A DNA stretch of 64,000 nucleotides from Oscillospiraceae bacterium (GTDB taxonomy: Bacteria > Bacillota > Clostridia > Oscillospirales > Acutalibacteraceae), in contig SVPO01000001.1 in the NCBI GenBank assembly GCA_015065795.1, forward strand, positions 4,453 to 68,452, read 5' to 3'. Position 1 is the first letter of the stretch, and each line of letters opens with the position of its first letter. The position numbers were made by a program, and so were the translations under genes. The notes below the pieces were generated by a model. It was given only the letters and a program-made list of their open reading frames with translations, searched no databases and was not told the DNA's origin. This document shows positions 8,754-17,343 of this stretch, piece after piece.

Positions 8754-10202
8754 ATGAATAACAACATTGTTGTCACCCCCGAATTGCTTCGTTCACGCAT
8801 CGATCAGATACGTTCCGACAGCCCCTGGCTGGAGGAATATCAGATAGAGGCCATTATCTGCACCGAGCTGGAGATCGACTCCATCGCCACTCCGGACAAG
8901 TATACCATGCTGGAGGCCGCGCTGCGCAGCGCGCGCACCGCTCCCACCCCCGGCAGCACCGCCCTCATCGGTGGACGTCAGTACACCACCATCACCGAGG
9001 ACACCTCCGGTAAGTTCGGCGCGTACGACGCGGTCAACAAAGGCGCTTCCCAGCGAAGGGACCTTGCCACACGAGCACTTTACACCCTGAGTGAAAACGC
9101 AGCTTCCGGAGAACGTTCCAACGCCGTTCTGGACAAGGCTCGCGTTTCCATCACCCGTAACATCAAGCAGGAGGTCAGCCGCGTAGGCTTTACCCTCTCG
9201 CTTTTCCTGATACTGAGCGTGGTCATCAGCTTTCTGGTGGTTGCCGCCTTCACTCTGTTCACCTACAGCAGCCACAGCATCCAGAATATGCGTCTGACCG
9301 ATGTCGACACATTCATTACCGACCCCAAAACAATGGCATTCCTTCAGGCGGGCATCATGCTGCTGTGCCTGGCGGTGCCGTTTGTTATCTACGTTCTTGC
9401 ACACAAGCTGCCTGTGCACGAGATGATCCCTCTCCACAAGCTGCGCAAAGGCGAATTCATGCCCATGTTCTGGGTAGGTCTCGGCGCCCTGATACTGGAC
9501 GGCTGTCTGGTGCACTATCTTGGATTGCTCACCAACCCGGCATCCCGTCCCAGTGCAAACCTGACCTCTGTGCGCGGAGCATTCTACAGCTACGACGCTC
9601 TTTCCATGGGCAGTTCCTTCTTTGATATCATCATCACGATTGTGTGTCTGGGCATCATTCCTGCCATTATCGAAACCTTTGTGTTCAACGGCGTTATCCT
9701 TCAGGTGCTTCGCCGACGCGGCGGCGACAACTTCGCCCTGATGATGAGCTCGCTGCTGTTTGCGCTGACCACCACCGACTTTGTGGAAATGATCGGCTCC
9801 TTTATCTCCTGTATGCTGCTGGGCTATCTGGTTATCTATTCCGGCTCGCTGATCCCTGCGGCATCCGCGCGTCTCGCTGAGCGTATGCTGTTCGTTCTCA
9901 TCACCCAGCTGGGTTATTCGCTGGTCATCGACATCAACTTTATCCATTATCTCGACTGCCTGCTGACCATCATTCTGCTGCTGGCCGCCGTGTTCTCCGC
10001 AAACATCATGCTCAAGCGATTCCCGGAGATGTTCGTGCTGAAAAAGAGCGACCCCATTCTCACCCTCAGGCAGAAGATGCGCATCTCTCTGCTGCGCGTG
10101 CCGGTCATCGTGCTCATTCTGCTGTGCATCGTGTTTTCTCTGGTTCAGCTCATTCCCCTTGAGACCCTCCCCAACTACGCCAGCGAAGTAATGTATGGAT
10201 AA
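8754..10202 (+). CDS. polytopic membrane protein with degenerate CPBP (CAAX-protease-like) core and unknown N-terminal cytoplasmic domain
   Basis: About 160-aa soluble N-terminus, then about 8 TM segments. ETFVFNG aligns by eye to CPBP EExxFRG and SSLLFALTT to FxxxH. The stop overlaps the tadA start (ATGGATAA). Confidence 0.65.
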   Translation: MNNNIVVTPELLRSRIDQIRSDSPWLEEYQIEAIICTELEIDSIATPDKYTMLEAALRSARTAPTPGSTALIGGRQYTTITEDTSGKFGAYDAVNKGASQRRDLATRALYTLSENAASGERSNAVLDKARVSITRNIKQEVSRVGFTLSLFLILSVVISFLVVAAFTLFTYSSHSIQNMRLTDVDTFITDPKTMAFLQAGIMLLCLAVPFVIYVLAHKLPVHEMIPLHKLRKGEFMPMFWVGLGALILDGCLVHYLGLLTNPASRPSANLTSVRGAFYSYDALSMGSSFFDIIITIVCLGIIPAIIETFVFNGVILQVLRRRGGDNFALMMSSLLFALTTTDFVEMIGSFISCMLLGYLVIYSGSLIPAASARLAERMLFVLITQLGYSLVIDINFIHYLDCLLTIILLLAAVFSANIMLKRFPEMFVLKKSDPILTLRQKMRISLLRVPVIVLILLCIVFSLVQLIPLETLPNYASEVMYG

Positions 10203-10722
10203 GCCGGTTTCTGTATCCTTCTCCGAACGGGACGAGCAATTTATGCGTCTTGCCCTTGAGCAGGCAGCCATTGCCGCCGCCGAAGGCGAGACCCCTGTGG
10301 GTGCGGTGTGCGTCCTTGGCGACAGGGTAGTTTCGGTGGGACGCAACCACCGGGAAACCGACCGCAACGCTCTTGCCCACGCCGAGCTGGAAGCCATCGA
10401 CGGCGCCTGCAGGGCACTGGGAGGCTGGCGGCTTTGGCAGTGCGAGCTGTACGTCACCCTGGAACCCTGCCCCATGTGCGCCGGTGCCATCATCAACTCG
10501 CGGCTCAGACGCGTGGTCTACGGCGCATCCGACACCAAAGCCGGTTCCTGCGGCAGTGTTGTGAACCTGTTCGAGCTGCCCTATAACCACCGTCCCATTC
10601 TGGAGCACGGATGTCTTGAGGAGGAATGTTCCGCGCTGCTCACAGAATTCTTCCGACAGCTGCGCATCACACGCAAGGACAGACCGAAATGGCGTCCGCC
10701 CTCCGATGATAAAACCGATTGA
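10195..10722 (+). CDS. tadA: tRNA-specific adenosine deaminase
   Basis: HAELEAI and TLEPCPMCAGAI zinc-binding deaminase motifs, about 175 aa. Confidence 0.9.
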   Translation: MDKPVSVSFSERDEQFMRLALEQAAIAAAEGETPVGAVCVLGDRVVSVGRNHRETDRNALAHAELEAIDGACRALGGWRLWQCELYVTLEPCPMCAGAIINSRLRRVVYGASDTKAGSCGSVVNLFELPYNHRPILEHGCLEEECSALLTEFFRQLRITRKDRPKWRPPSDDKTD

Positions 10723-10737
10723 AAGAGAAGCTTCCCT

Positions 10738-11325
10738 ATGAGAGTAATGATCGTGTACTGTCATCCCTCGCGGAGCAGTTTTACCTATAACGTATTGCGC
10801 AGATTCTGCGACGGTCTTGCCGACGCCGGTCACGAAGCGGTGATCTCCGACCTGTACGACATGGATTTCCGCACCGACATGACCGAGGAGGAATATCTGC
10901 GCGAGACATATTATCGCGCCGACCTGCCTCTGCCCGATGACGTTGCCGCCGAGCAGCAGAAGCTGCAGAGCTGCGACGCGGCTGTGTTTATCTATCCCGT
11001 GTTCTGGACTGAAGCTCCGGCAAAGCTGGTGGGATGGTTCGACCGCGTGTGGACCACGGGTTTTGCCTATTCCCCCGAGCCTTCCATGAAGCAGCTGGAC
11101 AAGGTGCTGTGCATCGCCTGCGCGGGCAAGACCCTGCAGTCCCTTGAGGAGACCGGCGAGCGTCAGGCTATGGAGACGGTCATGCTGGGCGACCGCATAC
11201 GCGACCGTGCAAAGCTGCGTGAGATGGTCATTTTTGACCGCATCACTCACTGGAACGCAGAAGAACGCGCCGCCGCTGCCGCCGCCCATCTGGAGCGTGC
11301 CTACAGGCTGGGACTGGAATTCTGA
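10738..11325 (+). CDS. NAD(P)H dehydrogenase (quinone)-like flavodoxin-fold protein
   Basis: MRVMIVYCHPSRSSFTYNV... N-terminus and about 195 aa length are typical of the Flavodoxin_2/NQO-like family. Confidence 0.7.
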   Translation: MRVMIVYCHPSRSSFTYNVLRRFCDGLADAGHEAVISDLYDMDFRTDMTEEEYLRETYYRADLPLPDDVAAEQQKLQSCDAAVFIYPVFWTEAPAKLVGWFDRVWTTGFAYSPEPSMKQLDKVLCIACAGKTLQSLEETGERQAMETVMLGDRIRDRAKLREMVIFDRITHWNAEERAAAAAAHLERAYRLGLEF

Positions 11326-11407
11326 CATTGTCACGAAAAAGGATCAACACACGCCTGCCGTGCATCGGCGGGCGTTGCTTTTTGCCCGAAAGCAGGGCAT
11401 ATCACCA

Positions 11408-11436
11408 TTGACGGGTGTGCGGCTGTTTGGTAAAAT
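11408..11436 (+). promoter_or_regulatory. candidate promoter for the 11503 gene
   Basis: TTGACG - 17 nt - TAAAAT, downstream of a hairpin + T-tract ending the preceding gene. Confidence 0.5.
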
Positions 11437-11502
11437 ATGGAGTAGGCGTGCCGCGCACACTGGTCTTCCGCGGCAGGCAACAACCAAAAGGAGTTCCGGA
11501 TA

Positions 11503-12546
11503 ATGAGCGAAAACACTACCCCTGCCGGTAACGAAAAACCTGTTTCCATAACCGAAATCACCCGTGAGGGCTCACTGCCCGACAGCCGATACATTCCCAT
11601 GAAATGCAGCAGGGCTTCACGGGAAATGCTGACATATAACCGCCACGAGATCTCTCCGCCCATGACCATGTTCCGGCTGCGCACCCGTGACTGCGTGGTT
11701 ATGGGCAACCGCGAAATCACCCTTTCCATCAGCGTGCTTGATTACGGATTCTGCGGCGCGGTGTGCATCACTCTGGTCAACCACGCCGAAAACCGTGAGC
11801 GTTCCCAGACCAAGCTCTACCCCTTCACCCTCGGAAGCGTCGGGCTGCCTGTTTCCTCGCAGACCGACGATCTGATGTATCGCTCGGAGGGCGTTTCGGT
11901 GGACGTTCTGCGCGCGCCGGGCAAATGGCACGTCCGGGCGTACTTTGAGCGGTTTGACGACGTGCGGTCGCTGTACGTCAACACCGTGGTGGAGGATATG
12001 GGCAGCGAGACGGCTTTCTCCGCTGTGCCTGTGGGCAAGAAAGACAAGAAATTCCTGCTGCGCCACGGTGTTTACGCCATGCCTGCTTCGGGCAAGATCG
12101 TCATCGGCGCGGATGTATATGAACTATCCTCCGACAGCTCCATCGGCTGGCTGGAGCGTGAGCGTTCCAACTACGGCAAGATCGGCGAACATTCACGACT
12201 GTCCATCAGCGGCTTCTGCGGCGATGTGCGCTTTGGTCTGTGTGCGTCGGACAGCGGCGTTTTCACTACCGAGAACGCCCTTGTATTCGACGGCAAAACC
12301 TATCGCCCCGAGGAGATGACCATCAGGCGCGACGACAGCATCTGGTATGTATCCACACCCGACGAGCATATCCAGCTGTATCTGCCCATCATCGCAGAAC
12401 GCACCGAATGTATCAAGCTGGGTCCGCTGCGCTCGGAGCGGCGGCGCGAGTATGGACAGTGCTTCGGTGAGCTGGTCATGTTCGGCGAACGATACACGGT
12501 TTCCTCCGCAGTGGGCTGCGGCGAGCATATCATCGGCAAAAGCTGA
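11503..12546 (+). CDS. hypothetical protein (size and beta-rich style reminiscent of DUF2804; family call uncertain)
   Basis: AAAGGAG RBS. 347-aa ORF with coherent coding composition. No motif that I can name with confidence. Confidence 0.6.
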   Translation: MSENTTPAGNEKPVSITEITREGSLPDSRYIPMKCSRASREMLTYNRHEISPPMTMFRLRTRDCVVMGNREITLSISVLDYGFCGAVCITLVNHAENRERSQTKLYPFTLGSVGLPVSSQTDDLMYRSEGVSVDVLRAPGKWHVRAYFERFDDVRSLYVNTVVEDMGSETAFSAVPVGKKDKKFLLRHGVYAMPASGKIVIGADVYELSSDSSIGWLERERSNYGKIGEHSRLSISGFCGDVRFGLCASDSGVFTTENALVFDGKTYRPEEMTIRRDDSIWYVSTPDEHIQLYLPIIAERTECIKLGPLRSERRREYGQCFGELVMFGERYTVSSAVGCGEHIIGKS

Positions 12547-12572
12547 TCAATCACAATCGACAAACCACATCA

Positions 12573-12612
12573 GCATCGGACAGAGAGCGCGTTCTCTGTC
12601 CGATGCTTTTTT
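12573..12612 (+). terminator. intrinsic terminator
   Basis: GCATCGGACAGAGA/TCTCTGTCCGATGC stem followed by TTTTTT. Confidence 0.8.
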
Positions 12613-12657
12613 GCACCGATAACCCTGCTCAGATCCCGGAAAAATCCCCCCGTGGTG

Positions 12658-13019
12658 GGTGGAAAACTTTGCGGATATCCCCTTTGTCCGTGGAAGATAT
12701 CCCGAAAAGCGCATTGCTGTCGGATTTGTTCACCGTGCGCGTTATGGGGAAAACAGTCGCCGCTCCGACCGCTTCGGCAAAACGGGTAAACAGCATAACC
12801 ATGCGGTTTCTCAGCTATTTCGAGCCTGCACCGCTCGATACATAATCACGTGTTTTCCTCCTCTTTCGGCGAATGAAACCGCGTGGTTTTCAGCATTTTC
12901 CCATCTTTCACACTTTCCACAGAGTTTTCCACAATCATTATGTCAACGAGCTTTGCGTCACCCATTCAAATCGCTGTCAACGCGCATACGCGGCGGCTGT
13001 ACAGGTAATAATATCCACA
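12658..13019. promoter_or_regulatory. cluster of DnaA-box-like 9-mers in an ORF-free gap
   Basis: TTTTCCACA (12925-33), CTTTCCACA (12913-21), ATATCCACA (13011-19). On the reverse strand TTTTCCACC (12658-66) and the weaker TCTTCCACG (12689-97). Confidence 0.4.
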
Positions 13020-13068
13020 TCGGACAATACCATTTGTTGTGCCGAAAGCACCCACGGGAGGGACAGCC

Positions 13069-13359
13069 ATGATACGCGGAGTGAGCAGATATTCGGTGGA
13101 AATCAAGGGGACGGGCAGCCCGTATTTTGAACGGGCGATATGCTTTGTGCGTCCTGAGTACGCACGGGCGGAACGGGTCGATCTGCACCGCGCGGCGCTG
13201 GACATGATGGATCGGCTGAGCGATGAGGTGGAGCAGATCGAGCCCTCCGAGGGCACCGTCCGCAGCGGCGCATACACCCGTCTGCGCACGGTTCTGCCTC
13301 TTGTTATCGCCGGGCTGACAGGAGCGGCGGCGGCATTTCTGATATGTCTGCTGATATGA
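13069..13359 (+). CDS. small tail-anchored hypothetical protein
   Basis: Track ORF trimmed to MIRGVSRY (GGGAGGGA RBS 6 nt upstream). C-terminal TM (VLPLVIAGLTGAAAAFLICLLI). Confidence 0.5.
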   Translation: MIRGVSRYSVEIKGTGSPYFERAICFVRPEYARAERVDLHRAALDMMDRLSDEVEQIEPSEGTVRSGAYTRLRTVLPLVIAGLTGAAAAFLICLLI

Positions 13360-13420
13360 GGTCATACGGCGCAGACAAGCGCATATAGATGATTTGCAAA
13401 TATATTTTGGAGGTATCTCT

Positions 13421-14005
13421 ATGGAACACGCTCTGGTTGCCGGACGCGCCCGTCCTGCTTTCGGGGAACGGCTGCGGCAGGTACTCACCGCCATCGGCGG
13501 CACGGTCATCTCCTTTGCGCTGGCGTCGCTTCTCCACTTCATCTACAAATGGAGCGGACAGCTCCGTCCGGTCGCCATCTTTGCCTCGGTCAACGAGAGC
13601 GTCTGGGAGCACGTCAAGATCCTTCTGTGGCCTTATCTGCTGTGGAGCTTTGCGGTCTATTACATTCTCAAGCCCGACGTGCGCCGGCTGATCGCGGCGC
13701 GCACGGCAGGCGCGTATCTCATCGGCGCGCTGGTCATCGGCTTTTTCTATATCTACACAGGTATTCTGGGATACAACGTGGCGTGGGTGGATATACTCTC
13801 CGCTGCGGTGTGGCTGCTGGCAGGCGAGATCGTGAGTATGCGCGTGCTCAACGGCAGGTGGTCCACCCGTGATTATTACCTGATCGCCCTTGCCGCGCTG
13901 GTGCTGCTGGTTGTAATGCTGCTCTGCTTTACGGTCAGTCCACCCCATCTGGGACTGTTTGCCGACCCCAACACCGGACTTTACGGTCTTGAGGTCATGC
14001 CCTGA
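13421..14005 (+). CDS. DUF6512-like integral membrane protein
   Basis: Track ORF trimmed to MEHALV (GGAGG RBS). LHFIYKWSG and NESVWEHVK motifs as I recall them for DUF6512. About 5 TM segments. Confidence 0.6.
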   Translation: MEHALVAGRARPAFGERLRQVLTAIGGTVISFALASLLHFIYKWSGQLRPVAIFASVNESVWEHVKILLWPYLLWSFAVYYILKPDVRRLIAARTAGAYLIGALVIGFFYIYTGILGYNVAWVDILSAAVWLLAGEIVSMRVLNGRWSTRDYYLIALAALVLLVVMLLCFTVSPPHLGLFADPNTGLYGLEVMP

Positions 14006-14089
14006 GTATTTTGGCATAGCAAAGCCGCCGCAGACACGCTGAGAGGCGCATCCGCGGCGGCTTGATTTGATTAGCATTTGTTATATCGG

Positions 14090-15616
14090 TCAGCAGCAGT
14101 CCCAAGTGTAATAGACATCGTCCAGTTTCATTTCTCTGAGCGCCTCGCTGTTTATGAAGAACTGACCCACACCGGAGTCGCCCCACATGACCAGCTTGTC
14201 GCTGATGCCAACCTTGTCATCTGTATCGATCTGCAGAAGGAGGAAATCGTACTTGTGCAGCTCCTCCATGTAACGCGGATCGTACTGGGTGAAGTAGGGA
14301 TAGCCGCCCATACGGTGTCCCGAGCTTTCCTTATAGAAATCATCGCCATCGCAGGCTTCCGATACTACCGAGTGGGATGTACCGTCGAACAGCTCCACGC
14401 CCATATCGCCTGCGATCTCACGGAGCAGAGCATCGAAGCGCCAGTCGTCGGGAGTCATATAGGTGGTGACCTTTTCGAAATCCATCGCCAGCTCGCCTGT
14501 GACAGGGAAGTCGCCGTATGACACATTGTCCGAGCAGGGATACTTCATTTCCCTTATCTGCTTTTCGTACACATTGCGGTTGATGGTCTTGTGGTATACG
14601 ACCTTTTTGGTGCTGCTGATGCCGTATTCCATATCTGGAAAAATGAAGAACTGCAGCATACCCTCGGAGGGGAAGATGTCGTTCTGCGGCAGCTGGGAAA
14701 GATTTATCTGAGCCAGCATTGCCAGCTCATGCTCCGACTCCTCGTCGCAGGGGTAAGTCACGGAGGTGTCCCAGTAGGGCAGTCCGCCCAGCTTGCTGTC
14801 AGAGAGTGCCGGCTGACGGTCGAAATCCAGCCTGATGCGGATAGCCTCGCAGGCGGTACGCTCTTTGATGGCAGCGATGACCGGAGCGATGGTCTGCGCA
14901 GAGGGCTCCACTCTGAAGATTGGCTGGCTGCTGACGGCAGAAGTTCTTCCGTTTGCCGTACGCAGGGTATAGATCACCAGTGCCGCGAATATCACAACAA
15001 AGATTCCAAAGGCGATGTTCAGCGCGATATAGACGTGCAGCGGAGTTTCCGGGTCGTCGGCACGGGTGGACCATATGCCAAGAATCAGCGACAGCAGGGT
15101 GGTGCACATTACAAGCGAAACACCCACGCCAAAGAATTTCTTCACGGTCAACGTACCTCTTGCGCAGGTCACCACAAGAGCGATGCCTGCAACGAACACG
15201 CCGCCGAAGAATACCTGCAAAGCGACATCCATCAGCAGCGACATACTGCCGTACCTGAGGCTTGCCATCAGCACAGCAAAGCTGCAGAACGCCGAGCCCA
15301 ACGCCAGCACCGAGCCCAGCAGGATGCCGATTATCTTGCCAAATATTGAGCCGGTCACAGCCATTTTGCCGGGTACCGGCGGAAACCACGCTTTCAGCGT
15401 GGCGGTGCCGTCACGCAGCGCGGCGAGCACCTTGTACGCATTGTCGTAGTCGTATTCTCTGGAGGCACAGCGTTCTCCGTCCCAGACCTCCAGCACAGCC
15501 TTGCCCTCTCCCTCACGGGCGATAAGCTCACGACCGCCGCTGCTGACGCGGAATACGTCGATGGATGCATCGCAGCCAGGCAGCAAAGCTGTGAGCACTT
15601 CATGGAATGATGTCAT
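14090..15616 (-). CDS. membrane-anchored DUF1963 (YwqG-like) domain protein
   Basis: GAGAGGAAATGAGG RBS. About 85-aa N-domain, about 4 TM, then SKLGGLPYWD...GMLQFFI...MGGYPYF...WGDSGVGQFFI, typical of DUF1963. Confidence 0.75.
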   Translation of the reverse strand: MTSFHEVLTALLPGCDASIDVFRVSSGGRELIAREGEGKAVLEVWDGERCASREYDYDNAYKVLAALRDGTATLKAWFPPVPGKMAVTGSIFGKIIGILLGSVLALGSAFCSFAVLMASLRYGSMSLLMDVALQVFFGGVFVAGIALVVTCARGTLTVKKFFGVGVSLVMCTTLLSLILGIWSTRADDPETPLHVYIALNIAFGIFVVIFAALVIYTLRTANGRTSAVSSQPIFRVEPSAQTIAPVIAAIKERTACEAIRIRLDFDRQPALSDSKLGGLPYWDTSVTYPCDEESEHELAMLAQINLSQLPQNDIFPSEGMLQFFIFPDMEYGISSTKKVVYHKTINRNVYEKQIREMKYPCSDNVSYGDFPVTGELAMDFEKVTTYMTPDDWRFDALLREIAGDMGVELFDGTSHSVVSEACDGDDFYKESSGHRMGGYPYFTQYDPRYMEELHKYDFLLLQIDTDDKVGISDKLVMWGDSGVGQFFINSEALREMKLDDVYYTWDCC

Positions 15617-15650
15617 AACCTCATTTCCTCTCTATCCTGTAATCATAATA

Positions 15651-15679
15651 ATTATAGCACTTTGGCAGGCGTTGTTCAA
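15651..15679 (-). promoter_or_regulatory. promoter of the DUF1963 gene (extended -10)
   Basis: Minus strand reads TTGAAC - 17 nt (ending TGC) - TATAAT. Confidence 0.6.
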
Positions 15680-15690
15680 CCGCATATCAC

Positions 15691-15719
15691 TTGACATAAA
15701 CTACGCCATGTGGTAATAT
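15691..15719 (+). promoter_or_regulatory. promoter of kptA (extended -10)
   Basis: TTGACA - 17 nt (ending TGG) - TAATAT, 39 nt upstream of the kptA ATG. Confidence 0.6.
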
Positions 15720-15757
15720 GCAAACAACATTCTACATATTTAAAGGGAACGATCATT

Positions 15758-16303
15758 ATGAACAAGACTGCAGTAGGCCGCTATATGACCCGTGTGCTGC
15801 GCCACGAACCGTCGGCAGGATTTCTCGAAGTGGACGAACACGGCTGGGCGAATGTTGACGAACTCATCGATGCCATCCGAAAGGTGAAGGAGCCTGCCTT
15901 TGACCGAGCCGCTCTGGATGACGTCGTGGCAACCGACAACAAGCAGCGTTTCTCCTACAGCGAGGACGGCAAACTCATCCGCGCAAATCAGGGGCACTCC
16001 ATTCCCGTGGACGTGGAGCTGCCTGTTACAGAGCCGCCCGAATATCTCCTGCACGGCACAGGCGCGAAGTTCACCGAATCCATCGACCGCACGGGACTTG
16101 ATCGCAGGAGCAGGCTGTATGTGCACCTGTCCTCCGATATCGAGACCGCGCGGGCTGTTGGCATCAGGCACGGCACGCCTGTGATCTACCGCGTAAAGAG
16201 CGGAGAAATGGCGCGCGACGGATTCACCTTTTACCGCTCGGTCAACGGCGTATGGCTGGTGGAATCAGTGCCGGTGAAGTATCTGGAAAAGCTGGACGTG
16301 TGA
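15758..16303 (+). CDS. kptA: RNA 2'-phosphotransferase (Tpt1/KptA family)
   Basis: Track ORF trimmed to MNKTAVGRY. Contains LRHEP, HGWANVDELI, NKQRF, IRANQGHS, LLHGT, YVHLS and GVWLVESVP motifs. Confidence 0.85.
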   Translation: MNKTAVGRYMTRVLRHEPSAGFLEVDEHGWANVDELIDAIRKVKEPAFDRAALDDVVATDNKQRFSYSEDGKLIRANQGHSIPVDVELPVTEPPEYLLHGTGAKFTESIDRTGLDRRSRLYVHLSSDIETARAVGIRHGTPVIYRVKSGEMARDGFTFYRSVNGVWLVESVPVKYLEKLDV

Positions 16304-16316
16304 ACGCAATAAAATG

Positions 16317-16360
16317 ACCGCGCATCCGATGCCGCATTGCGGTGGATGCGCGGTTGGTTT
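16317..16360 (+). repeat. 44-bp hairpin repeat, copy A (acts as kptA terminator)
   Basis: ACCGCGCATCCGATGCCGCATTGCGGTGGATGCGCGGTTGGTTT, identical to 17300-17343. Confidence 0.9.
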
Positions 16361-16437
16361 GTAAGTCAAATTCATCAGACACTATATCAGACCGAACGTC
16401 TGACGCACCTGATTATCGCGTTGTTTTCTCGCAGGCA

Positions 16438-17172
16438 TCATTTTTTATGTTCTTCTATATCGAACCTAACGCTTCCGATACTGACGTCTGCATCGGCGCA
16501 ATCAAAAGACTTCAGTGCACAACTCCCGTAGTAAAACACATAATGTCCGGGTGCTACGTTATGAAATGTGAATCCACCGTTCATGTCGGTAGTCGCAGAA
16601 TAACTCACGCCGCCATCGCCTATAATCTTCACAGAGGAGTTTCCCGAAGGAATAAACTGCCTCACAACATCACCATTGGAATATGTAAGTCTTATCGCTG
16701 TCAGCAGTTTCCCCGACACTCGTACCCCTGCCTGAGAGGATGTAGTGGTCGTTTCTTCTGTGCTCTGCGAAGATCCGTCGGTCTCCTCTGAAGTCGATGC
16801 CGTGCTTTCTCCGTTTTGGGAAGGTTCGGGATCAATTGACATCGTGGTTGCAGTCGTGACTGCAGCACCCGTACGCGTGCTCTTTGATTTTTCCGTGGTT
16901 ACGATCACCGCCCCAGTAGATAAGGAATTTGTTGTAGCTTCTGTTGTTGCAGTGCTCTGTGTCGGATTCTCTGTTGTCTGCGTAATCGAACCTCCCGTTG
17001 TTTCTGCTTTCTGACTTGCTTCAGTCGCTTCTGCACCATCAGAATACGATACATTTTCAGCAATTGTATCGCTTCTGCCTTCACTGCAGAAAAGCACGCC
17101 GATAACTGTCATTATTATCACAGCAAGCAGCAATACCATTGACAACAGTATCAGTTTTTTTGTGTTTTTCAT
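16438..17172 (-). CDS. signal-anchored Ser/Thr-rich surface protein with C-terminal carboxypeptidase-regulatory/Cna-B-like beta domain
   Basis: Track ORF trimmed to MKNTKK (GGAGGATGGG RBS). TM anchor, T/S-rich linker, C-terminal GGFTFHNVAPGHYVF motif. G+C is visibly lower than in the neighbours. Confidence 0.65.
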   Translation of the reverse strand: MKNTKKLILLSMVLLLAVIIMTVIGVLFCSEGRSDTIAENVSYSDGAEATEASQKAETTGGSITQTTENPTQSTATTEATTNSLSTGAVIVTTEKSKSTRTGAAVTTATTMSIDPEPSQNGESTASTSEETDGSSQSTEETTTTSSQAGVRVSGKLLTAIRLTYSNGDVVRQFIPSGNSSVKIIGDGGVSYSATTDMNGGFTFHNVAPGHYVFYYGSCALKSFDCADADVSIGSVRFDIEEHKK

Positions 17173-17299
17173 AATCCCATCCTCCATACGTGAATACATC
17201 TGCAGTATACTTCTAGCACATCAATTTGTCAATACATTGCCAGTCTCTCACGTGATGCCTGTCAAAACCATCGCGCGCGGATTCTGTTGCACATAAATA

Positions 17300-17343
17300 A
17301 CCGCGCATCCGATGCCGCATTGCGGTGGATGCGCGGTTGGTTT
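17300..17343 (+). repeat. 44-bp hairpin repeat, copy B
   Basis: Identical 44-mer in the same orientation. It abuts the stop of the 17343..17591 gene. Confidence 0.9.

Noticed and set aside
7123-10496. Long minus-strand ORFs 7123..8403 (426 aa) and 8793..10496 (567 aa), plus 8174..8596 and 8304..8585.
   Set aside because: They are antisense shadows of the CAP-domain, CPBP-like and tadA genes. The shorter ones run straight through the terminator and the two tRNA genes. The translations are Gly/Arg/His-rich nonsense.
12659-13072. 137-aa plus-strand ORF (and 12873..13130) filling the 455-bp gap, plus a 57-aa minus-strand ORF and a 12-codon mini-ORF behind a GAGGAGG at ~12850.
   Set aside because: The long frames lack an RBS and have His/Arg/Cys-rich, non-protein-like composition. 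The minus-strand SD is followed only by a 12-codon frame. None resembles anything I recognise, so the region is treated as non-coding (see the DnaA-box finding).
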